A stretch of DNA of 49,701 bases from Octopus bimaculoides (GCF_001194135.2 NC_069002.1:1310530-1360230); one strand, 5' to 3'; positions 36,736 to 49,395 are shown, counted from the stretch's first letter. The notes: a model not told the origin generated them from the letters alone. Numbers and translations are program-made.

Positions 36736-37612
36736 TATACACACATATGCACGTGCAAACATACACTCACACACACATATAGTTATCTGTACGCGTACAT
36801 GAGTGTGTTTATGTATGTTTGCGTTTTGTGTGTGCGTATGTAGGAGTGGGGTGGGGTACAATTATAATACGATACAAAGAAAGTTATTATTCTTATCATT
36901 TTCAATATTTTATAGAATTCTTCCGTTTCTCGTTTTCGTTTTCTTTTTATTATTTTTAATCTTCCCTATGTTTATATAATTGTGTGGTTTATATAACTTC
37001 AGTAGTTGAGCGATGAATGCGATAGGGGTTATATTACTTTCATAAGCCACACTCCTTCGGTGTTTCCATAGCGATAAAATCTTGTTTTAATAAAAGATTT
37101 ATATCACGAGACTCTGAATAAATGAAGAAACCAATGAATAAATAAATAAATATTTATAATAAATACTCGATGTGGATATGTGATATAAGTAACAATATTT
37201 ATGCTCTCTCGATACAGCGAAATAATCATTCTTTGTTGTTTTCGTTTAAGATTTCAGCCATGTTTTAATATTTCATCAATGAAAGAGTGAAGCGGGATAT
37301 TGAAGCAACAGAAGGTGATGGAGTACCAGAAACGGATTGCTGGACGAAATTGATGGCGTTATTTCCATCAAGTGGACAAAGGATTGGTCAAAGTGTCTTG
37401 CTCTTTTATTTCAGATCTTTTACTGATTTGTTAGCTGTATCAGAATTAAAAAAAGAAATTCCGGGTACGGAAACAGAACCTGGAATCAAAGTGTCTTAGA
37501 GTAAACTTCTCAAAGATCAAGGTTCCTAGAGAGCAATAAATCGGACAGGACCCTTAATCCTTTCGGGAATTCGCCCTGTTCGATATGCGTGCATACATAC
37601 ATACATGCATGC

Positions 37613-37644
<32 letters not shown>

Positions 37645-38414
37645 GTGAGTGTGTGTGTGTTTGTGCACAAGTGCGTATGTACGTAAATGTGTGTCTGGTA
37701 TGTCTGTGTGTGATTCTACGAGTGTCCTCGTCTGTGTCTCCGTACATTTATATGTATGTACCGCATGACAAGAAGAAGAAGAAGAAGAAGAAGAAATCAG
37801 AGTCTTTCATTTCTTGTTTCTCTGCTGATAATTATTCTTGTTGTCGTTGTTGATGTTGTTCTTATTGTAGTTATTCAGTATTTCTTCCTTCTTTCATTCC
37901 TTTTTCGAGCTCGACCAAATAAAAGAAGATAAAATTCCAATCCACCATTTCTTGTTCTTATCTTCAAAAGTCTTGTTAAAGATAACATCTTTGCTTTGCA
38001 TCAGACAATATTCCTTATTTCTCGTCGTTATTATTATTATCTTTTATATTTTAATTTTTATGCTTTTTATTATTTTTTTTTTCATTTCTTTCAATTTTTT
38101 TTTTTTTTCTCCATAAGGCTGTCTTTGTGGCAAAGTCTTTCGAATATAATTGTTATGGTTTTTGAACGTTGTTTGTGTTGTGCTGCTTGAAGGGGTGGGG
38201 GGAGGGATGTTGATGTTAATGGTAATAGGGTTGGTGGTGGCGTTGACGCCTTTCACATTCTCTGGATATATTTTACTACAACTACTACTACTACTATTAG
38301 CACAAGAATTAATAGTAATAGAATAAAAGCGGAAATGATACTGGTAGATTTGTGATGATTATTAAAATTTCTATTACCATTCTTATTATATTGCTACTGT
38401 TTATATTACTATTT

Positions 38415-38511
<97 letters not shown>

Positions 38512-38637
38512 TTGTGGTGGTGGTGGTAGTAGTAGTCATTTCCATTATCAATAATGTTAATTTTGCTACTTTTATTACTATTTTTTATATATTAATCATA
38601 ACAATAATAATTATGATGATTATTGCTACCACTACTA

Positions 38638-38670
<33 letters not shown>

Positions 38671-38691
38671 ATACTACTACTAATACTACTA
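38415..38691. repeat. (GTA)n and (CTA)n microsatellites in inverted arrangement
   Basis: (GTA)n at 38415-38536 and (CTA)n at 38626-38691. Confidence 0.9.
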
Positions 38692-39370
38692 ATTTATTTT
38701 TCCTTTTTAGGAATGCTCACGAACTCTAGAGAATTTTTATTAAAATTAAAATTCAGTAAGGTATCTATCCTTGGTTTTTTTGGTTTTTATCTCTCAGAAG
38801 AAAAGGAAAAAGAAGGGGAGCAGAGGAGGAGGAGGGGGAAAGAAGAAGAAGATGATGATGATAATGATGATGATTATACAAAGCCGTTCCACATATAATG
38901 GTAACCTACTACAGTTCCTTTATATATATANNNNNNNNNNNNNNNNNNNNNNNNNNNNNNNNNNNNNNNNNNNNNNNNNNNNNNNNNNNNNNNNNNNNNN
39001 NNNNNNNNNNNNNNNNNNNNNNNNNNNNNNNNNNNNNNNNNNNNNNNNNNNNNNNNNNNNNNNNNNNNNNNNNNNNNNNNNNNNNNNNNNNNNNNNNNNN
39101 NNNNNNNNNNNNNNNNNNNNNNNNNNNNNNNNNNNNNNNNNNNNNNNNNNNNNNNNNNNNNNNNNNNNNNNNNNNNNNNNNNNNNNNNNNNNNNNNNNNN
39201 NNNNNNNNNNNNNNNNNNNNNNNNNNNNNNNNNNNNNNNNNNNNNNNNNNNNNNNNNNNNNNNNNNNNNNNNNNNNNNNNNNNNNNNNNNNNNNNNNNNN
39301 NNNNNNNNNNNNNNNNNNNNNNNNNNNNNNNNNNNNNNNNNNNNNNNNNNNNNNNNNNNNNNNNNNNNNN

Positions 39371-39423
<53 letters not shown>

Positions 39424-41389
39424 CATATATATCTCCATATATATATATATATATACGCATACATACAAAGATACATACACATGTATGTGCTGTAGTAGTT
39501 TCCTTATCTCCTTTTGTTGTGTCTTTGTATGTTTGTTAATGTTATTGTCATTATGGTGGTAGTAGTGGTGGTGTTTGTGGTGAGGATAGTGGTGGTACGA
39601 ATACTAGCTGTGTTAGCGATAGTAGCAGCAGCAGTAGTAGTAGTAGTAGTGTTATTGTTGTCGTCGCTGTCGTCCTGGTTTGTATAAAATGTTGTTGCGG
39701 TTGTTATTGTTGTTATTCTTGTTCATGTTTTTTCTTCTTGTTTTGATGTTTACTAAAGAACAAACACTATATTCTTGATTTCGTAATGGAAGACAACAAC
39801 CTCAAGGGATCTAATTCTACGTTGATGATTATGAAAGAACTTCAAAATGGTTGAAGTATCATTCCCCATGCTCAGTTCATTCTTCTTCTTCTTCTTCTTC
39901 TTCTTATTATTATTATTATTATTGTATGCTGTTGTTGTTGGTTTGTCGTCTTCGTTGTTGATGTTGTTTTTGTCGCTGAGTTTTGTGTTGTAGTTGTAGT
40001 GTTCAGAATAACAAAGAGCTACTGTAGTTTTTCTGTGAACCGAAACCACGACCTAGCCGTTCTTTTCCCCCATCATTTCTCGGTTGCATTCGTCTCATGC
40101 CCGACACCAGTCCTCGTGGGAAAGGCATGCATGTCACACTTACATTCGGCCACACCCTCTAGCTACATTCACAGAAACCACAGTATAGATACATGTATGT
40201 ACACAAAAAAAAAAAACGCTCACACACACACACATATATATATATCCATAATAATCACACAATAACGTAATATACACACATACGTCTATGTGAATGTATG
40301 TAGGCCATTCTAGGAAGCCTGAAAAATATTTAGGTATATAGATCTGTTAGAATGAAATTGTAACAGGTACGCCTTTCCCACGAGAATAATATTCATCCCC
40401 CACCCATTATCAGTATGCATACGTGTGCTAGTATGTGTTTTAGAACAAAAATAAGCACACCCCTACATGCTTGTGTCTGTATATATTTATGATATATTCA
40501 TGTACATATATATATATATATATATATGCACAACCACAGATAGATAGATAGATAGATAGGTAGACGAACATACACGCACATACACAGAAGAGAACTAGAA
40601 CTCAATAGATGATTACATATGTTTTTATATTTTGTAATTCTTTTCTGTCGATTAAGAATATTGAAAAGCATACGCTGCAGCATGGCCGCAGTCTAATGAC
40701 TGAAATAAGTAGAACAAAAGACGCACACATACACGAGCACATACTTACATGTGTGTGTGTGTGTACCTTATATAATTTTCAAGAGATATTAATGCATTAT
40801 TGCTAGTTTTTTATTATATCTATTGACAATATATTGAGTAGGTCAATGTTTAGTAGACAAGTGTTACCAGAAACTAGTTGTACTTTGTATTTCCTTTGTG
40901 TGTTTTTTTTTTGTTTCATCTCAAACCGTACAATCCCTCAACTGATACATACCGAAAAATCCGTTCAATGTAGAGCCGATTGCACATCTAATATCATTCA
41001 AATGGAAAAAGCATTAGTGGTATACAAGAGTGACTGCAAATCAGTTTAAGAACAAATTCTATCTGCATACCTATACGTTTAGAATACAACAAAGAAAATT
41101 GAACGCAGCAGGGACAGACAAACTATTCTCTGAAGGCTGACAATGTGTTCCATATGAAACGTAAAGTAATGCAAATAAATAATGTATCCTTCTTTCATTT
41201 TCGTGGCAATTTTTTATCATAGTGCACATAAAATATAATTTTAATACAGGACGAAGTCATCGATTTGTTAGGTTGAAATAGTTCTGTATAAGGATACGAT
41301 TTCTGATATTATTGATCCTAAACTACTGAAAGGAAAAAATAATGGTTTGAACCCAGAAAAATATATTTCCTCTGATTTGAAAACAAGGC

Positions 41390-41575
41390 CAACAATTTTG
41401 AAAAGAAAGGTTTCGTTCTCACAATCAACCGCGATAGTAGGTTTGTATCATCTTCTCGGCCCCGAAAACTGCAAAGGTAAATTTATTTAACCTCGGTACA
41501 ATTTGAATTAACAATGAAGCGAGGCAGAATACGTAAAGCAAAACATTTCGTCCGGCGGTCTAACGAAACTATGAG
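41390..41575 (-). mobile_element. SINE family A, degenerate
   Basis: AACCTCGGTACAATTTGAA..AAACATTTCGTCCGGCGGTCTAACGA. Confidence 0.55.
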
Positions 41576-41706
41576 TGATGTATATAAAGGATTACACAAA
41601 TATTATTCATACAAGCATAATAAATTGTCGTGAATATCTTGTTATATAAACTGAACCGAAAATATAAAGGACGGATACTGAAAACCCGTCCTATATATAT
41701 CAAACA

Positions 41707-41749
<43 letters not shown>

Positions 41750-42331
41750 AGAGAGAGAAAGAGAGTGAAAGAGGGAGAATGAGAGAAAAGGGGAGAGAGA
41801 TATGTAGATATAGATGCATATCAATATATAGATATTTATGGAGCGTATTCTCAAAAACTCTTTAGAAAATTGTAGACTGGAGGATGAAAGTGATGCTTTT
41901 ACAATTTCGTTCAGGTTTTCGAATATATCTGTTTGCCTTTCTAGCACAGACTTTTTTTGTCTCTTTTTGCCTAATTAGCCATTAATTATGATTGTTGTCA
42001 CCTTTAGATAATTGCATTGAAGTCGGCAATTAAATTACCTGTATGCTAACGAAGGGAAAAAGCAAAGAAAACAGAGATAATTATAAATATCAACGGTAGC
42101 ATTGTGTGGGTGAATGTTTCCTTACATATACACATAATGTATATACATACACATATTTATTTGTGTATAATATATATGCAATGCACATGCGCAGTGAGAC
42201 ACTCGCTCATTAACAAAATAATATTTCTAGAGCTCATCATTGTGATTTTTCATTTTCTCTTCACTTTAACATTCTCACGTAACGAAGCTTGTGAAATTTT
42301 TATCACTATTAGTGTTAAACGCAGACAGGTG

Positions 42332-42362
<31 letters not shown>

Positions 42363-42668
42363 CATCTATTTCTTTCTCGCTTTATCTCCCTCTCACTCTC
42401 ATTCTCTTTTTTGGATGATCACCCGAGTAGGTCTATATTTATGTATATCCCTATCCATATTCCTCTCTAGCCATACTGAAGGAAATTAATCAGAATTCGC
42501 CATCAGAGGGTGGTATATTAAATTCGGAGACTGCGCACGAGTTGGATATAAATACTGACTTAATAACGTAAATTACATACAAAAAAAAAAACAATTAGGA
42601 AGCAAAATACATATGAAAGACACAAGAGGTAACACCAGTCGTTTAGATAAACGGAAACCGATAAAATT

Positions 42669-42883
42669 AATCTTTTCTACTCTGGGCACAAGGCCCGAAA
42701 TTTTGGGGGAGGGGACCAGTCGATTAGATCGACCACAGTATGCAACTGGTATTTAATTTATCGACCCCGAAAGGATAAAAGGCAAAGCTGACCTCGGCGG
42801 AATTTGAACTCAGAAGGTAGCGGCAGACGAAATACCGCTAAGCAGTTCGCTCGGCGTGCTAACCACTCTGCCAACTTGCCACC
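42669..42883 (-). mobile_element. SINE family A, full length
   Basis: Complete head, body and tail as a reverse complement. Confidence 0.92.
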
Positions 42884-43906
42884 TTCCCTGATATCCTTTC
42901 TATTCTGTGTAAGTCGGAACTTTTATATATAAACATATGTATATTTTTTATATCAAATTTATTTAATATTTTGGCATAACGACGAGCCTAACTGGCTTGT
43001 TCTTAAATTTACTCCCATTTTTAACGGATGTATATAGTTATCCGTTAGAGGGAAGCACTGGTGTGGGGATTTTAAACCATTTACTATTAGAGAATTATTT
43101 TCTCCAGGGTGACTGCTGTGGTTTTGCCTTGTTACAAACATATTTTAACTCACTTAAAGTTCGTCCATTCCTAATTACTGCTCGGTGCTGATTTAAATAT
43201 CTTTATCCCGATCAGGCGGTCAACTGGCCAAAAACAGTCACTGATTTTAGCTGGGTTTTTTTTTTTTTTTACTTAAAACTACGGCTTTGAATCTGCCGAT
43301 GGTTATCTCTCTTCGGTATTTTCCACTGATTAAGGCGAAAGAGCCAGAAACATACGTCTGGGAATCTGCTAGCGGGAAGCACTGGGCAGGTATGGTGCCT
43401 TTACCTTTTACCATAAGAAAGAATTTTTCTCCACGATAACTGCGTGAATTTGCCTTCAGAAATTAAGAATATGTCACAAACATATTTTAACTCATCTAAA
43501 GTTCATACATACATATNNNNNNNNNNNNNNNNNNNNNNNNNNNNNNNNNNNNNNNNNNNNNNNNNNNNNNNNNNNNNNNNNNNNNNNNNNNNNNNNNNNN
43601 NNNNNNNNNNNNNNNNNNNNNNNNNNNNNNNNNNNNNNNNNNNNNNNNNNNNNNNNNNNNNNNNNNNNNNNNNNNNNNNNNNNNNNNNNNNNNNNNNNNN
43701 NNNNNNNNNNNNNNNNNNNNNNNNNNNNNNNNNNNNNNNNNNNNNNNNNNNNNNNNNNNNNNNNNNNNNNNNNNNNNNNNNNNNNNNNNNNNNNNNNNNN
43801 NNNNNNNNNNNNNNNNNNNNNNNNNNNNNNNNNNNNNNNNNNNNNNNNNNNNNNNNNNNNNNNNNNNNNNNNNNNNNNNNNNNNNNNNNNNNNNNNNNNN
43901 NNNNNN

Positions 43907-43954
<48 letters not shown>

Positions 43955-44210
43955 TCATCTGAATATATGAACGACTATAATCTCTGCTTATAATGTATAT
44001 CTACTTACTGTGTGTACAAAGCAGTTTGTATATACAAGTGCTTGTGTATATATAATTTGCAGAATATTTATGCGTGTGCGTGTGTGTGTATATATATGTT
44101 GTGTGTGTCTGTGTGTGTTCAGGTGGGGGAAACTATTTTGCTAATATATCTGAGATATGTAAATACAAAACATAACAAACAAGTGCGAAATCCTAGATGA
44201 AGATGATGTT

Positions 44211-44866
44211 GGTGGCGGTGGTTGTGGTTGTGGTGGTGGTGGCGAAGATAGTAATTTTAGAAGTGGGGCTGTGGGTGGCGGTGTTGGTTTCGTTGTTGCT
44301 AGAGGTGTTTCTGATGGTGCTGGTAGTTGTGTTATTGGTGGCGGTGCCGGTGGTGGTGATTATGTAGTGGTGATGTTAGTGGTTGGTGGGGGGTGGGGGC
44401 TATGAAGATGAAATGTATGTTGTCCGTCGAGAATGACCATACAAAACTAGCCGTATTTCATCTTTAATCTTCCTCGTTGCGGTCAAAGAGATAATCACGT
44501 TATACACCCCCACCCACCACCACACACACACCCCTTTCCTCTCTACCCCACGCTACTCTACAGCCGACCATCACCACCACCATCACCACCAACACCATCA
44601 CAACCATTAGCACAGACACCACCACCAACACAACCAGCACCATCACCACACCACCACCACCACCATCACCACAACCACCGCTACCACTGTCATCGAGGCC
44701 ACCGCCAACATCGCCATCACCACAACCACCACCACTACCAGCACAACCACCAAAACCCCCGCCACCACAGTCTCCCACCATCACCACTGCCGCAGCCGCC
44801 ACCATCATCAGCATCAGAGCCACTACCGTCACCACCACCACCACTGCCGGCGCCACCACAACAACA
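44211..44866. repeat. Degenerate (GGT)n array and (ACC)n array flanking a ~100-bp unique spacer
   Basis: GGT-rich 44211-44400, unique 44401-44504, ACC-rich 44505-44866. Confidence 0.85.
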
Positions 44867-45016
44867 AGCAACGGTTAATTCTCCTCTGCCTCATACCCCC
44901 ACATTAATTCCACCCTCTCTTTATCTATTTCCTTCTCCAATAATGCATGCCTGTCTGTGTGTCTCACTATGTGAGATTCTTTCTCTTTCTCTTGTCCTTC
45001 CTTCATTTCTTTTTTC

Positions 45017-45047
<31 letters not shown>

Positions 45048-45163
45048 CTCTTTCTCTCTTTCTTTGNNNNNNNNNNNNNNNNNNNNNNNNNNNNNNNNNN
45101 NNNNNNNNNNNNNNNNNNNNNNNNNNNNNNNNNNNNNNNNNNNNNNNNNNNNNNNNNNNNTTC

Positions 45164-45194
<31 letters not shown>

Positions 45195-45920
45195 CTCTTT
45201 CTCTCTTTCTTTGTTTCTTTCTGTCTTTCTTTTTGCAATCTAGTTGCTGCTGTTTCCTTATTATGCTATTTCCGTCCGATGTCCACCGTGGTTTTGTGGT
45301 TTGATTATAACGGTGGGGGGTCAGTCATCGTATTAGTAGCCAATGTGGAGGAGGGAAGAAGAAGAAGAAGAAATTACAACCTCGCTCTATCTTTCCTCTC
45401 CGTGAGGACATTCGAAATCCAATAAGTTTTGCTTCATCTATGCAAGATAAAGGCTTTAAAATTAAGCCTATCTCTGTATGTATATTTATATATTACGCGC
45501 GCGCATATTTCTGTGTGAGTGTTTGTTGTGCGTGCGCGTGCACGTGTCTGTTTGTGTATGCACGAGTGTATATATACGCACATATATACATATGCATATG
45601 TGTGGTGTTTCTATATGTGTTTATGTATATGCATGTATATTTCTCAAATTGGAGTATCTGTGCATGTGTATGTACACACACACACACATATATGTATATA
45701 TCAAACATACATGTAAATATTTGACGATATATACATAAATTCAAAGGTACACGCCCACGCATACGCAGATATACACACTCACTCTCTCCAACACTCGTTA
45801 TATATACACATGCGTATATATATGCACGCATGTCTGTATAATGTGTGTGTGTGTTACTAAACCTATTCGTTACTGATAAATATATATATGTGGTACTTGA
45901 GTGTGTGTGTGTGTGTGAAT

Positions 45921-45968
45921 GTGCGTGTGAGTAGTCGGGTGTGCGTGTGAGTAGTCGGGTGTGCGTGT
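45921..45968 (+). repeat. 20-bp tandem duplication
   Basis: GTGCGTGTGAGTAGTCGGGT at 45921-45940 and 45941-45960, plus a partial copy. Confidence 0.9.
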
Positions 45969-46060
45969 GTGTCTATGATCCTGCGCGTGTGCATCACTCT
46001 GCTGTGCGTATTTGTGTCTTTCTTCTGATAAACCTAACTAATTTTCACAACAATTTTCAG

Positions 46061-46168
46061 GTTCAATGACATCAGGATGTGAGAGCAACTTTGCTAAGGC
46101 TAATGTCAAAATAATCGGTGGAGCTACACGCTTGTTTCGTCACCCCAGCACAAGGAGAGGAGTAAATG
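46061..46168 (+). other. Candidate exon
   Basis: CTAAC branch site at 46034-46038 and TTTTCAG| acceptor ending at 46060. One frame is open (SMTSGCESNFAKANVKIIGGATRLFRHPSTRRGVN), with possible donors GTAAAT (46162) or GTATTT (46169). The product is not recognised. Confidence 0.35.
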
Positions 46169-46350
46169 GTATTTCCTTAAGAAGATTTCCTTTCTATTGA
46201 ATTTGGTTTTCCATTAAGCAAAGCAAATTTTCTTCGTCTTCTGGCCACCCTAACCAAAATGGTGGCGGTGGCGGTGGCAGCAGCGATGGAACAAACGACG
46301 AACGATAATAGCAAAACGGAAAAGGAATATTCGTAATAATAGCATTAATT

Positions 46351-46416
<66 letters not shown>

Positions 46417-47042
46417 TTGTACAAGGTTTTGATGATTGTGGGAATGCATGACGATGATGAGCATTGCTCTTGATGAAGATGATGACGAAAAGGAAGAAGA
46501 GGAAGAAGAAGAAGATTATGATGATGATAAAGATGTTGATGCTGTTGCCGTTGTTGCTGATGATGTTAACATCGATGTGTGTATGACTATATAAATATAT
46601 TTAGTTACATATATCTATTTATGTATGTATATATGTATGCATGAATGCATGCATTACGTATGTATGCATGTGTGTGTATGTACNNNNNNNNNNNNNNNNN
46701 NNNNNNNNNNNNNNNNNNNNNNNNNNNNNNNNNNNNNNNNNNNNNNNNNNNNNNNNNNNNNNNNNNNNNNNNNNNNNNNNNNNNNNNNNNNNNNNNNNNN
46801 NNNNNNNNNNNNNNNNNNNNNNNNNNNNNNNNNNNNNNNNNNNNNNNNNNNNNNNNNNNNNNNNNNNNNNNNNNNNNNNNNNNNNNNNNNNNNNNNNNNN
46901 NNNNNNNNNNNNNNNNNNNNNNNNNNNNNNNNNNNNNNNNNNNNNNNNNNNNNNNNNNNNNNNNNNNNNNNNNNNNNNNNNNNNNNNNNNNNNNNNNNNN
47001 NNNNNNNNNNNNNNNNNNNNNNNNNNNNNNNNNNNNNNNNNN

Positions 47043-47096
<54 letters not shown>

Positions 47097-47109
47097 TGTG
47101 TGTGTGTGT

Positions 47110-47325
47110 TTTGCCAGTGGAGTCGTTAACACACCGGGTAAAATGTTTAGCAGTATTTCGTCCGTCTTTACGGTCTGAGTTCAAATGCCACTGTGGTCGA
47201 CTATGCCTGTCCTCTTTGGGGACTAATCCAAATATGTACCAGTTGAACACAGGCAACAATCTAATGGACTCACTTCACGCTTCCCTAAAACCGTTGACCA
47301 TGTGCCAAAATTTGAAATCATTATA
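47110..47325 (+). mobile_element. SINE family A, diverged
   Basis: CAGTATTTCGTCCGTCTTTACGGTCTGAGTTCAAATGCC..GTACCAGTTGAACAC..TGTGCCAAAATTTGAAATC. Confidence 0.8.
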
Positions 47326-47334
47326 AAGATATAT

Positions 47335-47520
47335 ATTTATTTCTTTATTGCCCACAAGGGACTAAACATACAAGCAACAAACAAGGACAGACAAAGGGAT
47401 TAAGTCAATTACAACGACCCCAGTGCATAACTGGTACTTATTTAATCGACCCTGTAATGATGAAAGGAAAAGTTGACCTCGGCGGAATTTGCACTCAGAA
47501 CATAAAGAAAGACGAAATAC
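47335..47520 (-). mobile_element. SINE family A variant with an alternative 3' tail
   Basis: The body matches family A, but the tail reads CCCTTGTGGGCAATAAAGAAATAAA on the minus strand. Confidence 0.8.
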
Positions 47521-47709
47521 TTAATCTGACCCAGTTTCTTCTGCGTGGTATGGGTCAACCAAAGGTATAGAATATGATGACAGCACAAAATATCACTCGG
47601 TGAGATCGAACCCTAGATGTGAAGGTTTTATAGAAAGCTTCTTAATCACTCAGCTACACAGTATCCCCATTTTTATATTTGCGCTAGGGTGTATTTATGC
47701 GTGTGCATG

Positions 47710-47758
<49 letters not shown>

Positions 47759-48322
47759 GTATATTGTGTGTATATATACATATATATCTGTATATATATA
47801 TATATATATGTATGAATGTCCGTACATACATCCTATATATTCCATTTAATGAAACGCTAATTCCGGTAAAGCTAGGTCAGATGTAATATTCGTGAGAGTT
47901 CAATGTTGTAATTCAAAGCCGACATATTTGACCGCAACAGTAATAGGATTGATGTAGCCCCAAATTTGATTTCTCCATATTTCTATCTTCGTCTTCTACT
48001 TTTATGACACAGTATTTCATGTTCTGGTACATGCTGTATTGAATAAGTAGAAGATGTGGTTTCTTGTCAGCGAGTTTAAACGAGAGACTGGCGAAGTTTT
48101 AGTGGATGTTATTCTTTAAAAATATTCTTTGGAAATATTATTTTTCTGTGCTCGTTTGATATAGGAAAACAATTATCATTATGAAGTTTATACTTAATAA
48201 ACTTCATAAACTTTGTGCTTGTGTCTATACATATAGCTGGAATTTGCAAAAACAAAAGACGAAGACAGGTATGTAAACAACAAACATGTGTATTAGTTTA
48301 ACGCTCGGGAAGGTGAGAAAGA

Positions 48323-48358
48323 CTTTTACGTTTCGAGCCTTCGCTCTTCAACAGAAAG
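48323..48358 (-). ncRNA. Minimal type I hammerhead-ribozyme-like motif (candidate, variant core)
   Basis: The minus strand reads CTTT-CTGTTGA-A-GAGC(GAAG)GCTC-GAA-ACGT-A-AAAG. Confidence 0.5.
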
Positions 48359-48532
48359 GGACACGAGAAAACAGAGAGAATAAAAAAAGCTTTAGCGGCG
48401 AGCGGTCACATACATGCATACACGCCCACAAACACACACGCGCGTATAGAGAGAAATAGATTGATCGATATGTTTGTATAGAATATAAAATTAGACATTT
48501 CAAATATATTACGATACAAGCTGTATGCATAT

Positions 48533-48586
<54 letters not shown>

Positions 48587-49019
48587 CTGTATTTATGTGT
48601 GCGTGTGTGTGTGTGTGTGCTGGAGTGTTTGTGTGTACGTGTGCATGTGTAAAAGAATACAATCTATATCAAACATTTCAAGAATATAATTTTAGAAATA
48701 AATAATCAAAATAAATAGAAGCAGACATGATTCATTACGTCTCCACCGTTTCCAACGCTTTCAGAATTTCTATTGAATATTCTTCAAATTGATATTTCGA
48801 GAATCCACAAAACGAATTAAAAGAACCAACTCATGGATACTGGGTCTGAACTCTTTATAACATGAATTAAGTTCGATATTTTTCAAATTAATTTCAACGG
48901 AAATTCCATATTATAAACGGTCTGAAAATGGTCTCATTGGGACATCTTAGATATTGGCTGGTTAAGATGATTTCAGCAAGGGAATAGCGAAATAAATGAG
49001 TGAATGTAAATACTAATAA

Positions 49020-49395
49020 TTGTTTTGGATTTAGGCATATGGCCAGCAATTTTGACGGGACTGGCTTAATCGATACTATACTATTGACCGCAGGATTTAA
49101 CTGGTCCTTTATTTTATCGACCCGGGAGGGATACCGGACAAAATTAACCAAGAGGGATTTGATCCTAGAACATAAAAACCCAGAAGAGACATCGGTGAAA
49201 TTTTGTAAGAGGCCGGTAACTTCAAGGAAGGGTTACGTCGATTATTTTGCTCCTAGTGCTCGGCTGCTTGTTATTTTATCGATCGTGAAGGACGAAAGAT
49301 AAAGTCGAACTTGGTGCGATTTGAATTCAGAAAGTAAAGACAGACGAAATGCCGTTAAACATTTTACCGGCATGCCAAAGATTCTACCACTTCGA
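49020..49395 (-). mobile_element. Two degenerate family-A SINEs (about 49020-49140, 49225-49395)
   Basis: TTATTTTATCGACCCGGGAGG and AAAGTCGAACTTGGTGCGATTTGAATTCAGAAAGTAAAGACAGACGAAATGCC. Confidence 0.65.

Noticed and set aside
46105-46125. KIIGG as a trypsin-family activation site
   Set aside because: The downstream sequence lacks the P(W/Y)QVSL-type motif, so a 4-residue match is insufficient.
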